Source: an uncultured Aestuariivirga sp. (lineage in GTDB: Bacteria; Pseudomonadota; Alphaproteobacteria; Rhizobiales; Aestuariivirgaceae). From it: a DNA stretch of 64,000 nucleotides. Shown here piece after piece: positions 19,574 to 29,018 of the stretch. The translations under genes and the position numbers were made by a program. The first letter of the stretch is position 1, and each line of letters opens with the position of its first letter. The stretch covers positions 52,276-116,275 of the forward strand of contig CAYYTH010000002.1 in assembly GCA_964474665.1 (NCBI GenBank). The letters are read 5' to 3'. The notes beneath the pieces are model-generated. The model was not told where the DNA came from and searched no databases. It worked only from the letters and a program-made list of their open reading frames with translations.

Positions 19574-20305
19574 ATGTCAGCGGCGGCCGTCACCTATGAT
19601 TTCTTGAGCCCCGGCCGGGTTTCGGCCAGGGGCGCCACAGCCCGCGTCCACGGGGCCTTGCGCGCGGCCATCGTCCAGCTGGACCTGAAGCCCGGTGAAT
19701 TCCTCGACAAGCAGGCGATCGCCACGCGGATGGGGGTCTCCCGCTTTCCCGTCGGCGAGGCGATGAACCGGCTGGCGGCCGAAGGCCTGGTCGATGTCAT
19801 TCCGCAGAGCGGCTCGCGCGTCGCGCTCGTCAAGATTTCCGACGCACGGGAGAACATGTTCCTGCGCCGTGCGCTGGAGGTCGAGACGGTGCGGCGGCTG
19901 GCACCACAGGCCTCCACCTCCCTCACGGAGCAGCTGGCGCGCAACATCCGCTATCAGCGGGCGGCAATCGACGCAAAGGACCTCAAGGGCTTCCATGGCT
20001 TCGACCTCGCCTTCCATGCTCTGCTGCAGGACCACCTCGGCTTCGAGCGGGTGCGGAATGCAACCGAAACGGCGCGTCTCGGGCTTGATCGCGTAAGGCA
20101 GCTGCTCAACACACGCCGCCGGCTTGATCTGACACTCGCCGAGCACACGGCCATTCTCGCGGCCCTCGAGGCGCATGACGGCGAGGCCGCGGCCCGGGCG
20201 ATGTATAGCCACCTCGAGGCGGTGATGGCCGAACTGGAAACATTTGCGCGCGAAAGGCCGGAGCTTTTCGCGGATCTCAACAGCATGGGAGGACATGAAA
20301 CATGA
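19574..20305 (+). CDS. GntR family (FCD) transcriptional regulator
   Basis: LRAAIVQLDLKPGE...MGVSRFPVGEAMNRL wHTH; DLAFH FCD motif. Confidence 0.92.
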   Translation: MSAAAVTYDFLSPGRVSARGATARVHGALRAAIVQLDLKPGEFLDKQAIATRMGVSRFPVGEAMNRLAAEGLVDVIPQSGSRVALVKISDARENMFLRRALEVETVRRLAPQASTSLTEQLARNIRYQRAAIDAKDLKGFHGFDLAFHALLQDHLGFERVRNATETARLGLDRVRQLLNTRRRLDLTLAEHTAILAALEAHDGEAAARAMYSHLEAVMAELETFARERPELFADLNSMGGHET

Positions 20306-21327
20306 AGAAGCGCAACTTCAAGGTGCCATCGGGCGAGACGATTTCCTTCACCGAGCTGGGTTTCGGGACGGCTCCAATCGGCAATCTCTACAAGGCCGTC
20401 GATCCGGAGGAGGCGCAGAAGACGCTGGAGACCGCCTGGAAGGCGGGCATTCGCTATTATGACACGGCACCTCTCTACGGGCTGGGATTGTCGGAGACCC
20501 GCCTGAACCGGTTTCTGTTCGGCAAGAAGCGAAAGGACTATGTCCTGTCCACCAAGGTGGGCCGCCTGCTCGAGGTCTGCGATCCGAAGCAGCGGACCGG
20601 CATCGGCAAGTTCTTCGATACGCCGTCACGTCGTGAAATCTACGACTACAGTTATGACGGGTTCATGCGATCGATCGAGTTCTCGCTCGAGCGCCTTGGC
20701 GTTGACTCGATCGATGTCATCTTCATTCACGATGTCGACATCTTCAACCACAAGACCGCGGCGGCCAGAGACGCGCATGTGAAGACCATTCTCAACAGCG
20801 GCATCAAGGCACTCGACAAGCTGCGCAGCGAAAAGGTGATCAAGGCCTTCGGTGCCGGGGTCAATGAATGGGAAGTGTGCGAAACTCTTACCCGCAATGC
20901 TGACGTCGACATCTTCCTGCTGGCAGGCCGCTATACGCTGCTGGAACAAGAGTCGCTCAACTCCTTCCTGCCGCTCTGCGAGGAGCGGGGCATCGGCATC
21001 GTGCTGGGTGGCCCCTACAATTCCGGCATTCTCGCCACGGGGCCGAAGCCCGGTGCCTGGTACAATTATGACCCGGCACCAAAGGCCATCCTCGAGCGTG
21101 TGACGCGCATTGAGGCGATCTGCAAGCGTCACAAGGTGAAACTTGCCCAGGCCGCGCTGCGCTTCCCCATGCACCACAAGAACGTGGTGAGCGTGATTCC
21201 CGGTGGCGTGAGCCCCAAGGAGGTCGCACTTAACGTCGCGACCCTCGATGCCAAGATCCCGAAGGGCCTCTGGAAGGAACTGAAAGCCGAAGGGCTTCTG
21301 CACAAAGATGCGCCGGTGTCGCGGTGA
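20302..21327 (+). CDS. Aldo/keto reductase (D-threo-aldose/L-galactose 1-dehydrogenase-like)
   Basis: LGFGTAPIGNL, YYDTAPLYGLGLSE, LSTKVGRLL, YDYSYDG, LLAGRYTLLEQ, GGPYNSGILA. Confidence 0.88.
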   Translation: MKKRNFKVPSGETISFTELGFGTAPIGNLYKAVDPEEAQKTLETAWKAGIRYYDTAPLYGLGLSETRLNRFLFGKKRKDYVLSTKVGRLLEVCDPKQRTGIGKFFDTPSRREIYDYSYDGFMRSIEFSLERLGVDSIDVIFIHDVDIFNHKTAAARDAHVKTILNSGIKALDKLRSEKVIKAFGAGVNEWEVCETLTRNADVDIFLLAGRYTLLEQESLNSFLPLCEERGIGIVLGGPYNSGILATGPKPGAWYNYDPAPKAILERVTRIEAICKRHKVKLAQAALRFPMHHKNVVSVIPGGVSPKEVALNVATLDAKIPKGLWKELKAEGLLHKDAPVSR

Positions 21328-22262
21328 AGACGGCGATCCTCGGATCCGGCCTGATCGGCCGCTCCTGGGCCATTGTCTTCGCCCGCGGCGGACACGATGT
21401 CGTATTGTGGGATCAGGACGCCACACAGGTCGCAAAGGCGCAGGAACATATTGCAGCCACGCTGCCGGAGATGGCGGCGGCCGGACTGATTGGTGATTCC
21501 GAGGCCGTGCGCGGCCGCATCGGAGCGGCAACGAACCTTGCCGAGGCACTTGATGCCGCTGGCTTCATCCAGGAAAGCATCGCTGAACGTGCCGAACCCA
21601 AGCAGGAACTCTTCGCCGAGGTGGAGCAGCTTGCGCCGTCTGATGCAATCATCTCGAGCTCAACGTCAGCCATCATGCCTTCGATCATCTTCAGTGCATT
21701 GAAGACCCGGCAACGCTGCCTCGTGTCGCACCCTCTGAACCCGCCGCACCTCGCTCCCATCGTCGAGCTCTGTGGTGCAGACTTTACGGCGCCCGACGTG
21801 ATTGAACGTAGCCGCAATTTCATGACGAGCTGCGGCATGGTGCCGATCGTGGTGAAACGGGAGATCGAGGGGTTCATCCTGAACCGCCTGCAACTTGCCG
21901 TGCTGAATGAGGCATTCCGGTTGATCGCCGAGGACTATGTGAGCGCCGAGGACCTCGACAAGACCATCAAGGACGGTCTTGCCCTGCGCTGGAGCTTCAT
22001 GGGTCCGATCGAGACCATCGACCTCAACGCGCCGAACGGGGTTTCCGACTATCTCGAGCGCTATGGTCCGACCATCCGCCGCGTTGGCGACAGCCAGTCA
22101 GCCGCAAAGGCGTGGCCGGAGGACATTGGAATCAGGCTGGATGCAGAGCGGCGTATCTCGGTGCCAAGGGAGAGACTGGGGGCGGCCACCGCATGGCGCG
22201 ACCGCCGGATGATGGCACTCGCCGCGCACAAGCGTGCGCAGGAAAAGAAGACGCCGCCCTGA
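21324..22262 (+). CDS. 3-hydroxyacyl-CoA dehydrogenase family, L-gulonate 3-dehydrogenase (lambda-crystallin)-like
   Basis: GSGLIGRSWA Rossmann motif, IQESIAE, SSSTS, SHPLNPPHLAPIVE, GFILNRLQ, GLALRWSFMGP. Confidence 0.82.
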   Translation: MKTAILGSGLIGRSWAIVFARGGHDVVLWDQDATQVAKAQEHIAATLPEMAAAGLIGDSEAVRGRIGAATNLAEALDAAGFIQESIAERAEPKQELFAEVEQLAPSDAIISSSTSAIMPSIIFSALKTRQRCLVSHPLNPPHLAPIVELCGADFTAPDVIERSRNFMTSCGMVPIVVKREIEGFILNRLQLAVLNEAFRLIAEDYVSAEDLDKTIKDGLALRWSFMGPIETIDLNAPNGVSDYLERYGPTIRRVGDSQSAAKAWPEDIGIRLDAERRISVPRERLGAATAWRDRRMMALAAHKRAQEKKTPP

Positions 22263-22274
22263 GGCGGCGCTTTT
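22252..22274. terminator. Bidirectional intrinsic terminator
   Basis: CGCCGCC-CTGA-GGCGGCG followed by CTTTT on + and TCTTCTTTT on -; lies between convergent genes. Confidence 0.75.
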
Positions 22275-22281
22275 CGGATCG

Positions 22282-23070
22282 TCAGGCTGCCATCAGCTCC
22301 GGCGGCGGGGTCTTTGCGCCGGTCATGAATGCGACCGCATCGGACATGGTGAAATCCTTGGGGTTGATAACGCAAAGGCGCTTGCCGAGGCGATGGATGT
22401 GGATTCGGTCCGCTACTTCGAAGACATGCGGCATATTGTGCGAGATCAGCACGATCGGCAGGCCACGACGCTTGACGTCGAGGATCAGTTCCAGCACGCG
22501 GCGCGACTCCTTCACGCCGAGAGCCGCCGTCGGCTCGTCCATGATGACGACCTTCGAGCCGAAGGCTGCGGCACGCGCCACGGCGACGCCCTGGCGCTGG
22601 CCACCGGACAGGGTTTCCACTGCCTGGCTGATGTTCTGGATGGTCATCAGGCCGAGCTCCGACAGCTTGTCTCGGGCGATTTTTTCCATCGCCTTGTGAT
22701 CGAGCTTCTTCAGGACAGATCCCAGAAATCCCGGCTTCCGGAGCTCGCGTCCCATGAACATGTTGTCGGCGATCGACAAAGCGGGCGACAGGGCAAGGTT
22801 CTGATAGACGGTCTCGATACCGGCATTGCGGGCATCGAGTGGCGACTTGAAATGAACGGGCTTGCCGTCGAGCCTGATCTCGCCCTCGTCCGGCGTGACG
22901 GCACCGCAGATGGCCTTGATAAGCGTGGACTTGCCCGCACCGTTGTCGCCGATCACCGCGAGGATCTCGTTGGGATAGAGATCGAAGTTGCAATGATCGA
23001 GCGCCGTGACGCGGCCATAGCGCTTCACCAGGTTGCGCGTCGTGAGGATCGGTTCGACGGTGGTGGTCAT
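22282..23070 (-). CDS. frcA: Sugar ABC transporter ATP-binding protein (FrcA-like)
   Basis: GDNGAGKST, LSGGQRQ, VIMDEPT, single NBD. Confidence 0.85.
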   Translation of the reverse strand: MTTTVEPILTTRNLVKRYGRVTALDHCNFDLYPNEILAVIGDNGAGKSTLIKAICGAVTPDEGEIRLDGKPVHFKSPLDARNAGIETVYQNLALSPALSIADNMFMGRELRKPGFLGSVLKKLDHKAMEKIARDKLSELGLMTIQNISQAVETLSGGQRQGVAVARAAAFGSKVVIMDEPTAALGVKESRRVLELILDVKRRGLPIVLISHNMPHVFEVADRIHIHRLGKRLCVINPKDFTMSDAVAFMTGAKTPPPELMAA

Positions 23071-23102
23071 GACGTGTGCCCCATGCTCGAAGCGTTGCGG
23101 TA

Positions 23103-24188
23103 TCAGGTCGACGCCTTGCGAATCCATTGGTCGATGGCGACGGCGGCGATGATGAGGATGCCGACGGTGAAGTCCTGCCAGAGCACATCCACCTTTGAGA
23201 GCGACAGGCCGAAGCGGAACACGCCCACGATGATGGCGCCCAGCACCGAACCCACGATGGTTCCACGGCCGCCAAAGAGCGACGTACCGCCGATCACCAC
23301 GGCAGTGATGGAGTCCAGATTGGCAGTTTCGCCGGCGAGCGGCGTGACCGTGCCGCCGACGCGCCCGATGAGCACGAGGCCGGCGAAGGCGGCGATGACG
23401 CCGGCTACGGCATAGACCGAACGCAGGACCTTGTCGGTTTGCACGCCCGAAAGCATGGCACCGTTGAGATCGTCACCGACGGCATAGACATGGCGCCCCC
23501 ATGCCGTGTGCTTGAGCACATAGGACATCAGCCAAGCCAGCAGCAGGAAGGCGATGGTGCCGTAGAGAATCTGGAAGCCAGCGATAGAGATGACCTTGCC
23601 GAACCAGATCAGCAGCGGTGCCGTCGCCTCGGTATCGACGTTACGGATCGATTCCGAGCCGGAATACCAGAGTTTCAGTGCCTGGTAGATGTAGAGCGTG
23701 CCGAGTGTCACGATGAAGGGCGGAAGCCTGAGGCGGGTGACCAGCAGGCCGTTGATGTAGCCCATCACACCGCCCGCGAAGAAGCCGATGGCCATGGCGG
23801 CAGGAGCCGGAACACCCACCTGAACCGCAAGCTTGCCCATGATGATGGTGGACAGGACCATGATGGCGCCAATCGACAGGTCGATGCCGGCGGTGAGAAT
23901 GATGATGGTCTGGGCGATGGCAACGATGCCGATGGGCGTGATCTGCTTCAGGATCGTCGACAGGTTGCCGGGCTGGAATATCTTGCCGTCCGTGGTGAAG
24001 CCAAACAGGAGGACCGACAGGATGAGGACGAAGATCGGAACAGAAACCGGATAGGCCTGCAGGAAGATGCGGAGCCTTTGCAACGGCGTCACCTGCTCGT
24101 GGTCAAAGGAGGCGACCGCCGTGTCGGCCTTGGTGAGCGTCGCTTCGAAGTCAGGTATGGTTTTTGTCGGCTGACCGCTGTCGCTCAT
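23103..24188 (-). CDS. frcC: Sugar ABC transporter permease (FrcC-like)
   Basis: ILTAGIDLSIGA, LPPFIVTLG, GRHVYAVGD, VIGGTSLFGGRG. Confidence 0.85.
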   Translation of the reverse strand: MSDSGQPTKTIPDFEATLTKADTAVASFDHEQVTPLQRLRIFLQAYPVSVPIFVLILSVLLFGFTTDGKIFQPGNLSTILKQITPIGIVAIAQTIIILTAGIDLSIGAIMVLSTIIMGKLAVQVGVPAPAAMAIGFFAGGVMGYINGLLVTRLRLPPFIVTLGTLYIYQALKLWYSGSESIRNVDTEATAPLLIWFGKVISIAGFQILYGTIAFLLLAWLMSYVLKHTAWGRHVYAVGDDLNGAMLSGVQTDKVLRSVYAVAGVIAAFAGLVLIGRVGGTVTPLAGETANLDSITAVVIGGTSLFGGRGTIVGSVLGAIIVGVFRFGLSLSKVDVLWQDFTVGILIIAAVAIDQWIRKAST

Positions 24189-24210
24189 GTGCCCTTCCCC
24201 AGTGAAAACG

Positions 24211-24264
24211 TGCGGGTATGTTCCCGCATCGAATGCAGGGGGCGACGATATGGCCGCCCCCTGC
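24211..24264. other. Two intercistronic stem-loops between frcB and frcC
   Basis: TGCGGG-N6-CCCGCA (24211-24228) and GCAGGGGGCG-N10-CGCCCCCTGC (24235-24264). Confidence 0.6.
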
Positions 24265-24294
24265 GCTGTTCAACCTAGAAAATCCGCGCGGGCA

Positions 24295-25314
24295 TCAGCC
24301 CCAGCAGAGCTTCAGGCCCTCTTCCGAGGTGATGGAGGGCAGGCCCTCGACCGGCTTGTCGGTCACGAGCTGCACGCCGGTGTTGAAGAAGTCGAGGCCT
24401 TCCGAGTTGGCGGGCTTGCTGCCGTCCTTGGCGAAGGCCGCAACCGCTTCGACGCCCTTGGACGCCATCAGCAGCGGGAACTGCATGGAGGTGGCGCCGA
24501 TGACGCCGGCCTTCACGTTCTGCACGCCCGGGCAACCGCCGTCGACGGAGACGATCAGGGCCTGGGTTTCCTTGCCGGCGGCCTTCATGGCCTGATAGGC
24601 GCCCTCGGCGGCCGGCTCGTTGATCGTGTAGATCAGGTTCATGTTCGGCTCCTTGGCGAGGAGGTTTTCCGCCGCCTTGAGGCCGCCTTCCGGATTGGCG
24701 TTCGAGGTTTCGTGGCCGATCACGCGCGGGTCGGTTTCCGAACCCATGACCTTGCCGTTGGGCACTTCGATGCCGAAGCCGGTGAGGAAGCCCGTGTCAC
24801 GGAGAACGTCAACCGAGATGTTGTCCTTGTTGATGTTCAGCATGCCGATCTTGGCATCCTTCGCGGCGTCGCCCATCTGGGCCCGGGCCCACTTACCGAT
24901 CAGCACACCGGCTTCGAAGTTGTCGGTGGCGAAGGTGGTGTCGGCTGCGTCCTTGTCGCCGATCGGCGTGTCGAGGGCGATGACCAGCACGCCCTTCGCG
25001 CGCGCGTCCTTGAGGGCGGGGATGACCGAGTCGTTCGACGCGGTGATCAGGATGCCCTTGGCGCCCGAAGCGACGCAGTTCTCGATGGCTTCGATCTGCG
25101 GGCCGGCGTCACCGTCGACCTTGCCGGCGAAGGCCTGGAATTCCAGACCAATTTCTTTGGCCTTGGCCTCAGCACCTTCCTTCATCTTCACGAAGAAGGG
25201 GTTGGTGTTGTTCTTGGTGATCAGGCAGACGCCGTCAGCCGCGAGCGCGGGGGTGACAGCGAACACGGCGGTCGCCGCAGCGCCGAGCAGAGCAGCTTTG
25301 AAAAGGGTCTTCAC
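24295..25314 (-). CDS. frcB: Sugar ABC transporter substrate-binding protein (FrcB-like)
   Basis: Signal peptide; CLITKNNTNPFFVKMKEGA, ALDTP, ATDNFEAG, TINEPAA, VSVDGGCPG, SMQFPLLMA. Confidence 0.88.
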   Translation of the reverse strand: MKTLFKAALLGAAATAVFAVTPALAADGVCLITKNNTNPFFVKMKEGAEAKAKEIGLEFQAFAGKVDGDAGPQIEAIENCVASGAKGILITASNDSVIPALKDARAKGVLVIALDTPIGDKDAADTTFATDNFEAGVLIGKWARAQMGDAAKDAKIGMLNINKDNISVDVLRDTGFLTGFGIEVPNGKVMGSETDPRVIGHETSNANPEGGLKAAENLLAKEPNMNLIYTINEPAAEGAYQAMKAAGKETQALIVSVDGGCPGVQNVKAGVIGATSMQFPLLMASKGVEAVAAFAKDGSKPANSEGLDFFNTGVQLVTDKPVEGLPSITSEEGLKLCWG

Positions 25315-25439
25315 ATAGGCCTCCCATCAGTTTGTTGTCCCCGATCAAGGGGTTAGGTGGTGTTCATCTACGACTGGTGCGGGAGGGGACTAGCCGACCA
25401 CACTCCTGCACATGGCTCATTCTCATCTCAAAAAGTCAT

Positions 25440-25482
25440 CCCTGTCAATAAATAAACCCGAATGATTTATTGATTGACAGGG
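25440..25482. promoter_or_regulatory. Putative ROK (FrcR) operator
   Basis: CCCTGTCAATAAATAAA-N9-TTTATTGATTGACAGGG (16/17 arm match); each arm contains TTGACA on one strand. Confidence 0.7.
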
Positions 25483-25533
25483 CTTGGCCCTGCTGGAAAT
25501 CTGAGCGCCTTCTGCTCAGGAAACGGGATTGCC

Positions 25534-26760
25534 ATGTCGATCGAATGGGCCAGCGGCACGCGCGGAGAGAGCTATCCCGCGCTTTCGCGCGGCACGACCC
25601 AGTCGGGCGTGCGGCTCTACAACGAGCGTCTCATCCTCTCGCTTGTCAGGCTTCACGGTCAGCTGCCCAAGGCGGAGATGGCACGGCTTACCGGGCTCTC
25701 CGCACAGACGGTTTCGGTGATCGTCCGCCAGCTTGAGGCGGATGGGCTCCTCCGGCGCCGGACGCCCAGGCGCGGAAAGGTCGGGCAGCCCCTGGTGCCC
25801 TTCGAACTCGACGCGAACGGCGCCTTTTCAATCGGCCTGAAGGTCGGCCGGCGTTCTGGCGACCTGATGCTGCTCGATCTCGCCGGCAACGTCCGCCACA
25901 CGATCCACCGGCCCTACACCTTCCCCTCACCGGCCGAAATGACGAATTTCGTGACCTCCGGCGTGGAAGAGCTTCTGTCCACCCTTGCGCCGGAACAGCG
26001 CGCGCGGATCAGCGGCATGGGCATTGCCGCCCCATTCGAGCTATGGAACTGGGCGGAGGATGTTGGCGCCCCCGCCGACGTGCTGATGGCCTGGAAAGAT
26101 TTTGACCTGCAGGCCGAGATTGCCAGGCTCTTCGCCTGGCCGATCCATTTCTGCAACGACGCATCCGCCGCATGCGCCGCTGAACTGCTCTTCGGATGTG
26201 GGCGAGACCTGCAAGATTACGCCTATTTCTATCTTGGCTACTTCATTGGTGGTGGTGTGGTGCTGAACGGGAGCCTCTATCTCGGCCGGCACGGCAATGC
26301 CGGCGCTCTGGCCTCCTTCCCCGTGACGTCAACACAGGGCAACTCCGAACAGCTGGTGCATTCCACCTCTTTGGCCTCGCTCGAGCGCGACATCCGTCGG
26401 GACGGCGGCGATCCGGAGCTCTTGTGGCGTGATCCCGCGGAATGGCGGGGCGCAGGCCCCGCGCTCGACCGCTGGCTGGCCCGCGCCGCGCTGGATGTGG
26501 CAACCGCCGCCACCGGCGTCATGGCCGTGCTCGACTGCTCAGCCATCGTGATCGATGGCGCTGTGCCGCTCCATGTCCGCATGCGCTTTGTGGAGGAGGT
26601 CCGCCGGGCGATCGCGCGCGTTGACCGGCAGGGGCTCGCGGAGTTCGCAGTCATCGAGGGAACGATCGGCGCGGCCGCCCGCGCTCTCGGGGCTGCCAGT
26701 CTGCCGCTGTTCGACAATTTCATCATAAACCGGAATGTCTTGTTCAAGGAAAAGGCCTGA
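25534..26760 (+). CDS. frcR: ROK family transcriptional regulator (FrcR-like)
   Basis: YNERLILSLVR...LTGLSAQTVSVIVRQLE HTH, RGKVGQP, CNDASAACAAE, YFIGGGVVLNG; start 25534 or 25474. Confidence 0.85.
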   Translation: MSIEWASGTRGESYPALSRGTTQSGVRLYNERLILSLVRLHGQLPKAEMARLTGLSAQTVSVIVRQLEADGLLRRRTPRRGKVGQPLVPFELDANGAFSIGLKVGRRSGDLMLLDLAGNVRHTIHRPYTFPSPAEMTNFVTSGVEELLSTLAPEQRARISGMGIAAPFELWNWAEDVGAPADVLMAWKDFDLQAEIARLFAWPIHFCNDASAACAAELLFGCGRDLQDYAYFYLGYFIGGGVVLNGSLYLGRHGNAGALASFPVTSTQGNSEQLVHSTSLASLERDIRRDGGDPELLWRDPAEWRGAGPALDRWLARAALDVATAATGVMAVLDCSAIVIDGAVPLHVRMRFVEEVRRAIARVDRQGLAEFAVIEGTIGAAARALGAASLPLFDNFIINRNVLFKEKA

Positions 26761-27191
26761 TGCTGAAGGGAATCGATCCGCTGTTGAGCCCCGATCTCCT
26801 GCGCGTGCTGCGTGCCATGGGGCATGGCGACGAGATCGCCATCGTCGACGGCAACTATCCCGCCGAGGAACATGGCAAACGGGTTGTGCGGCTCGATGGG
26901 CATGGTGCGCCCCGTATTCTCGATGCCATCCTCTCGGTCATGCCGGTCGACGACATGGTGCCGGAAGCTGTCTGGCGTCCGGCGGCCCATATGGATCCCG
27001 CGCGCATGGAGGCGGTATTCGAGGATTTCGACGCCGTACTCCGAAGGCACGAGCCAGGGCAAAAGATCGTGCCGCTGGTGGGTGAAGCTTTCTACAGCAA
27101 GGTGAGAAACTGCTTCGCCATCGTTGCCTCCAGCGAACCCCGGCTCTATGGAAACATCATCATCAAGAAGGGCGTGATCTACCCGGCATGA
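26760..27191 (+). CDS. RbsD/FucU family sugar mutarotase/pyranase
   Basis: MLKGIDPLLSPDLLRVLRAMGHGDEIAIVDGNYP, EPRLYGNIIIKKGVI. Confidence 0.92.
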   Translation: MLKGIDPLLSPDLLRVLRAMGHGDEIAIVDGNYPAEEHGKRVVRLDGHGAPRILDAILSVMPVDDMVPEAVWRPAAHMDPARMEAVFEDFDAVLRRHEPGQKIVPLVGEAFYSKVRNCFAIVASSEPRLYGNIIIKKGVIYPA

Positions 27192-27348
27192 GGTAGCGCG
27201 TCAGCCGGGGCGACCAAGGCGCCGGAGATGCCAAGCAGGCTGCTTCGGTTGATCAGATGCTGCGGCACGGGCGGAGTGTCGCATGCACTGAAACCGCCAT
27301 AACTGTCATCTTATTTGAAGATCGATTAGATTGCATTGACCAGAAACA

Positions 27349-28122
27349 TCAGCGGTTGCGGAAAGCCGGCTTCCGCTTCTCGATGAAGGCCTTCATGCCC
27401 TCCTTCTGGTCATCGGTTGCAAACATCGAAAGGAACAGCCGGCGTTCGAAACGCGAGCCTTCTGCAAGCGAGGCTTCCTGGGCGCGATTGACCGTTTCCT
27501 TGGCCATCATGACGATGGGCTGGGAGTAAGAGGCGACCTTGGCGGCTGCCGCCAGCGCCTCGTCCAGAAGCTTGTCCGGGGGCACCATGCGGGCAACGAG
27601 GCCGCAGCGCTCCGCTTCCACTGCGTCCATCATGCGGCCCGTGAGGATGAGGTCCATCGCCTTGGCCTTGCCGATGAAGCGTGGCAGGCGTTGCGTGCCC
27701 CCTGCGCCGGGCATGATGCCCAGGGTGATTTCCGGCAGGGCGAAACGGGCCGTTTCGGAGGCGATGATGAAGTCGCACATCATGGCGAGTTCCAACCCGC
27801 CGCCGAGGCAGAAACCCGAGACCGCTGCGATCACCGGCTTGCGGGTTTCCGCGATGCGCGTCCAGCCATCGAGGAATCTGGCCAGATAGGCTTCAACATA
27901 GGTCTTTTCCGCCATCTCCTTCACGTCAGCACCTGCGGCGAAAGCCTTCTCGCTTCCGGTGATGACGGTACAGCCGACCGCCGGATCCAACTCGAAAGCA
28001 GTCAGCGCGTCGTTCAGCTCGGCGATCAGCGCCTCATTCAGGGCGTTGAGGGCCTGTGGGCGATTGAGCGTCACCAAGCCAACCTTGCCGCGGGTTTCGA
28101 CGATGATGTTCTCGTAGGCCAT
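27349..28122 (-). CDS. Enoyl-CoA hydratase
   Basis: [43 protein letters not shown]. Confidence 0.93.
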   Translation of the reverse strand: MAYENIIVETRGKVGLVTLNRPQALNALNEALIAELNDALTAFELDPAVGCTVITGSEKAFAAGADVKEMAEKTYVEAYLARFLDGWTRIAETRKPVIAAVSGFCLGGGLELAMMCDFIIASETARFALPEITLGIMPGAGGTQRLPRFIGKAKAMDLILTGRMMDAVEAERCGLVARMVPPDKLLDEALAAAAKVASYSQPIVMMAKETVNRAQEASLAEGSRFERRLFLSMFATDDQKEGMKAFIEKRKPAFRNR

Positions 28123-28133
28123 GGGGATCCGTC

Positions 28134-29018
28134 CTATTTCTGGCAGTGGCGGCAGTAGAAGGTGGATCGGCCTGATTGCACAAGCCTTTCAATTAATGCT
28201 CCACAGCCCATGCAGGGCAGGCCTTCACGATCATAGACGAGGAAGCTCTGCTGGAAAGCACCTGCGCCGCCATCTGCATGGGCAAAGTCCTGAAGCGTCG
28301 AGCCGCCCGCCTTGATCGCCTCCGCCAGCACCTCCCGGACGTGGCGCACAAGATCATCAAGGCGCGGGTCATGCCCCTTTTTCTTCACCAGCGTACGCGC
28401 CTTGCGGCGCGGAGACAGTCCGGCCCGGTAAAGTGCCTCGCAGACATAGATGTTGCCGAGGCCGGCGATGATGTGCTGGTCAAGCAAGGCCGCCTTCAGC
28501 GGGGCGGCCTTGTACCTGAAGCGCTCCGCCAGATATGCCGCGCTGAATTCATTGCCGAGAGGTTCGACGCCAATCCCTCCGAGCAGCTTGTGCGATGCCG
28601 CCTCGGCTTCAGGGAACAGGTCCATGACGCCGAAGCGCCGGGGGTCCGTGTAGACGACGCGGGTGCCATCCTCCAGCATGAGGACGACATGGTCGTGCGG
28701 CCCCTGCCCAGCCTCGCCCGCCGCGGTCTCGAAATAGAACTCGCCGAGGTTCCGGGCCACCTCGCCAGCGAACACCGTGAAGCGGCCTGTCATGCCAAGG
28801 TGGACGAGCAGGACCTCGCCGGTGTCGAGCTCCGCCAGGATGTATTTGGCGCGCCGCCTCAGTCCGGTGACCCTGCTGCCCGTGAGCCGCTCGGCGAAGC
28901 CTGCCGGAAAGGGAAAGCGCAGGCCGGCCCGCCTGAGGCTGACCCCGGCGATGCGGCTGCCCTCCAGAACGGGCTTCAGGCCCCTCATGACGGTTTCGAC
29001 TTCCGGAAGCTCTGGCAT
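28134..29018 (-). CDS. mutM: Formamidopyrimidine-DNA glycosylase
   Basis: [25 protein letters not shown]-terminal zinc finger. Confidence 0.97.
   Translation of the reverse strand: MPELPEVETVMRGLKPVLEGSRIAGVSLRRAGLRFPFPAGFAERLTGSRVTGLRRRAKYILAELDTGEVLLVHLGMTGRFTVFAGEVARNLGEFYFETAAGEAGQGPHDHVVLMLEDGTRVVYTDPRRFGVMDLFPEAEAASHKLLGGIGVEPLGNEFSAAYLAERFRYKAAPLKAALLDQHIIAGLGNIYVCEALYRAGLSPRRKARTLVKKKGHDPRLDDLVRHVREVLAEAIKAGGSTLQDFAHADGGAGAFQQSFLVYDREGLPCMGCGALIERLVQSGRSTFYCRHCQK

Noticed and set aside
27294-27309. CCGCCAT-AA-CTGTCAT as a Pho box
   Set aside because: The repeat period is 9 rather than 11 bp, and it lies between convergent genes.
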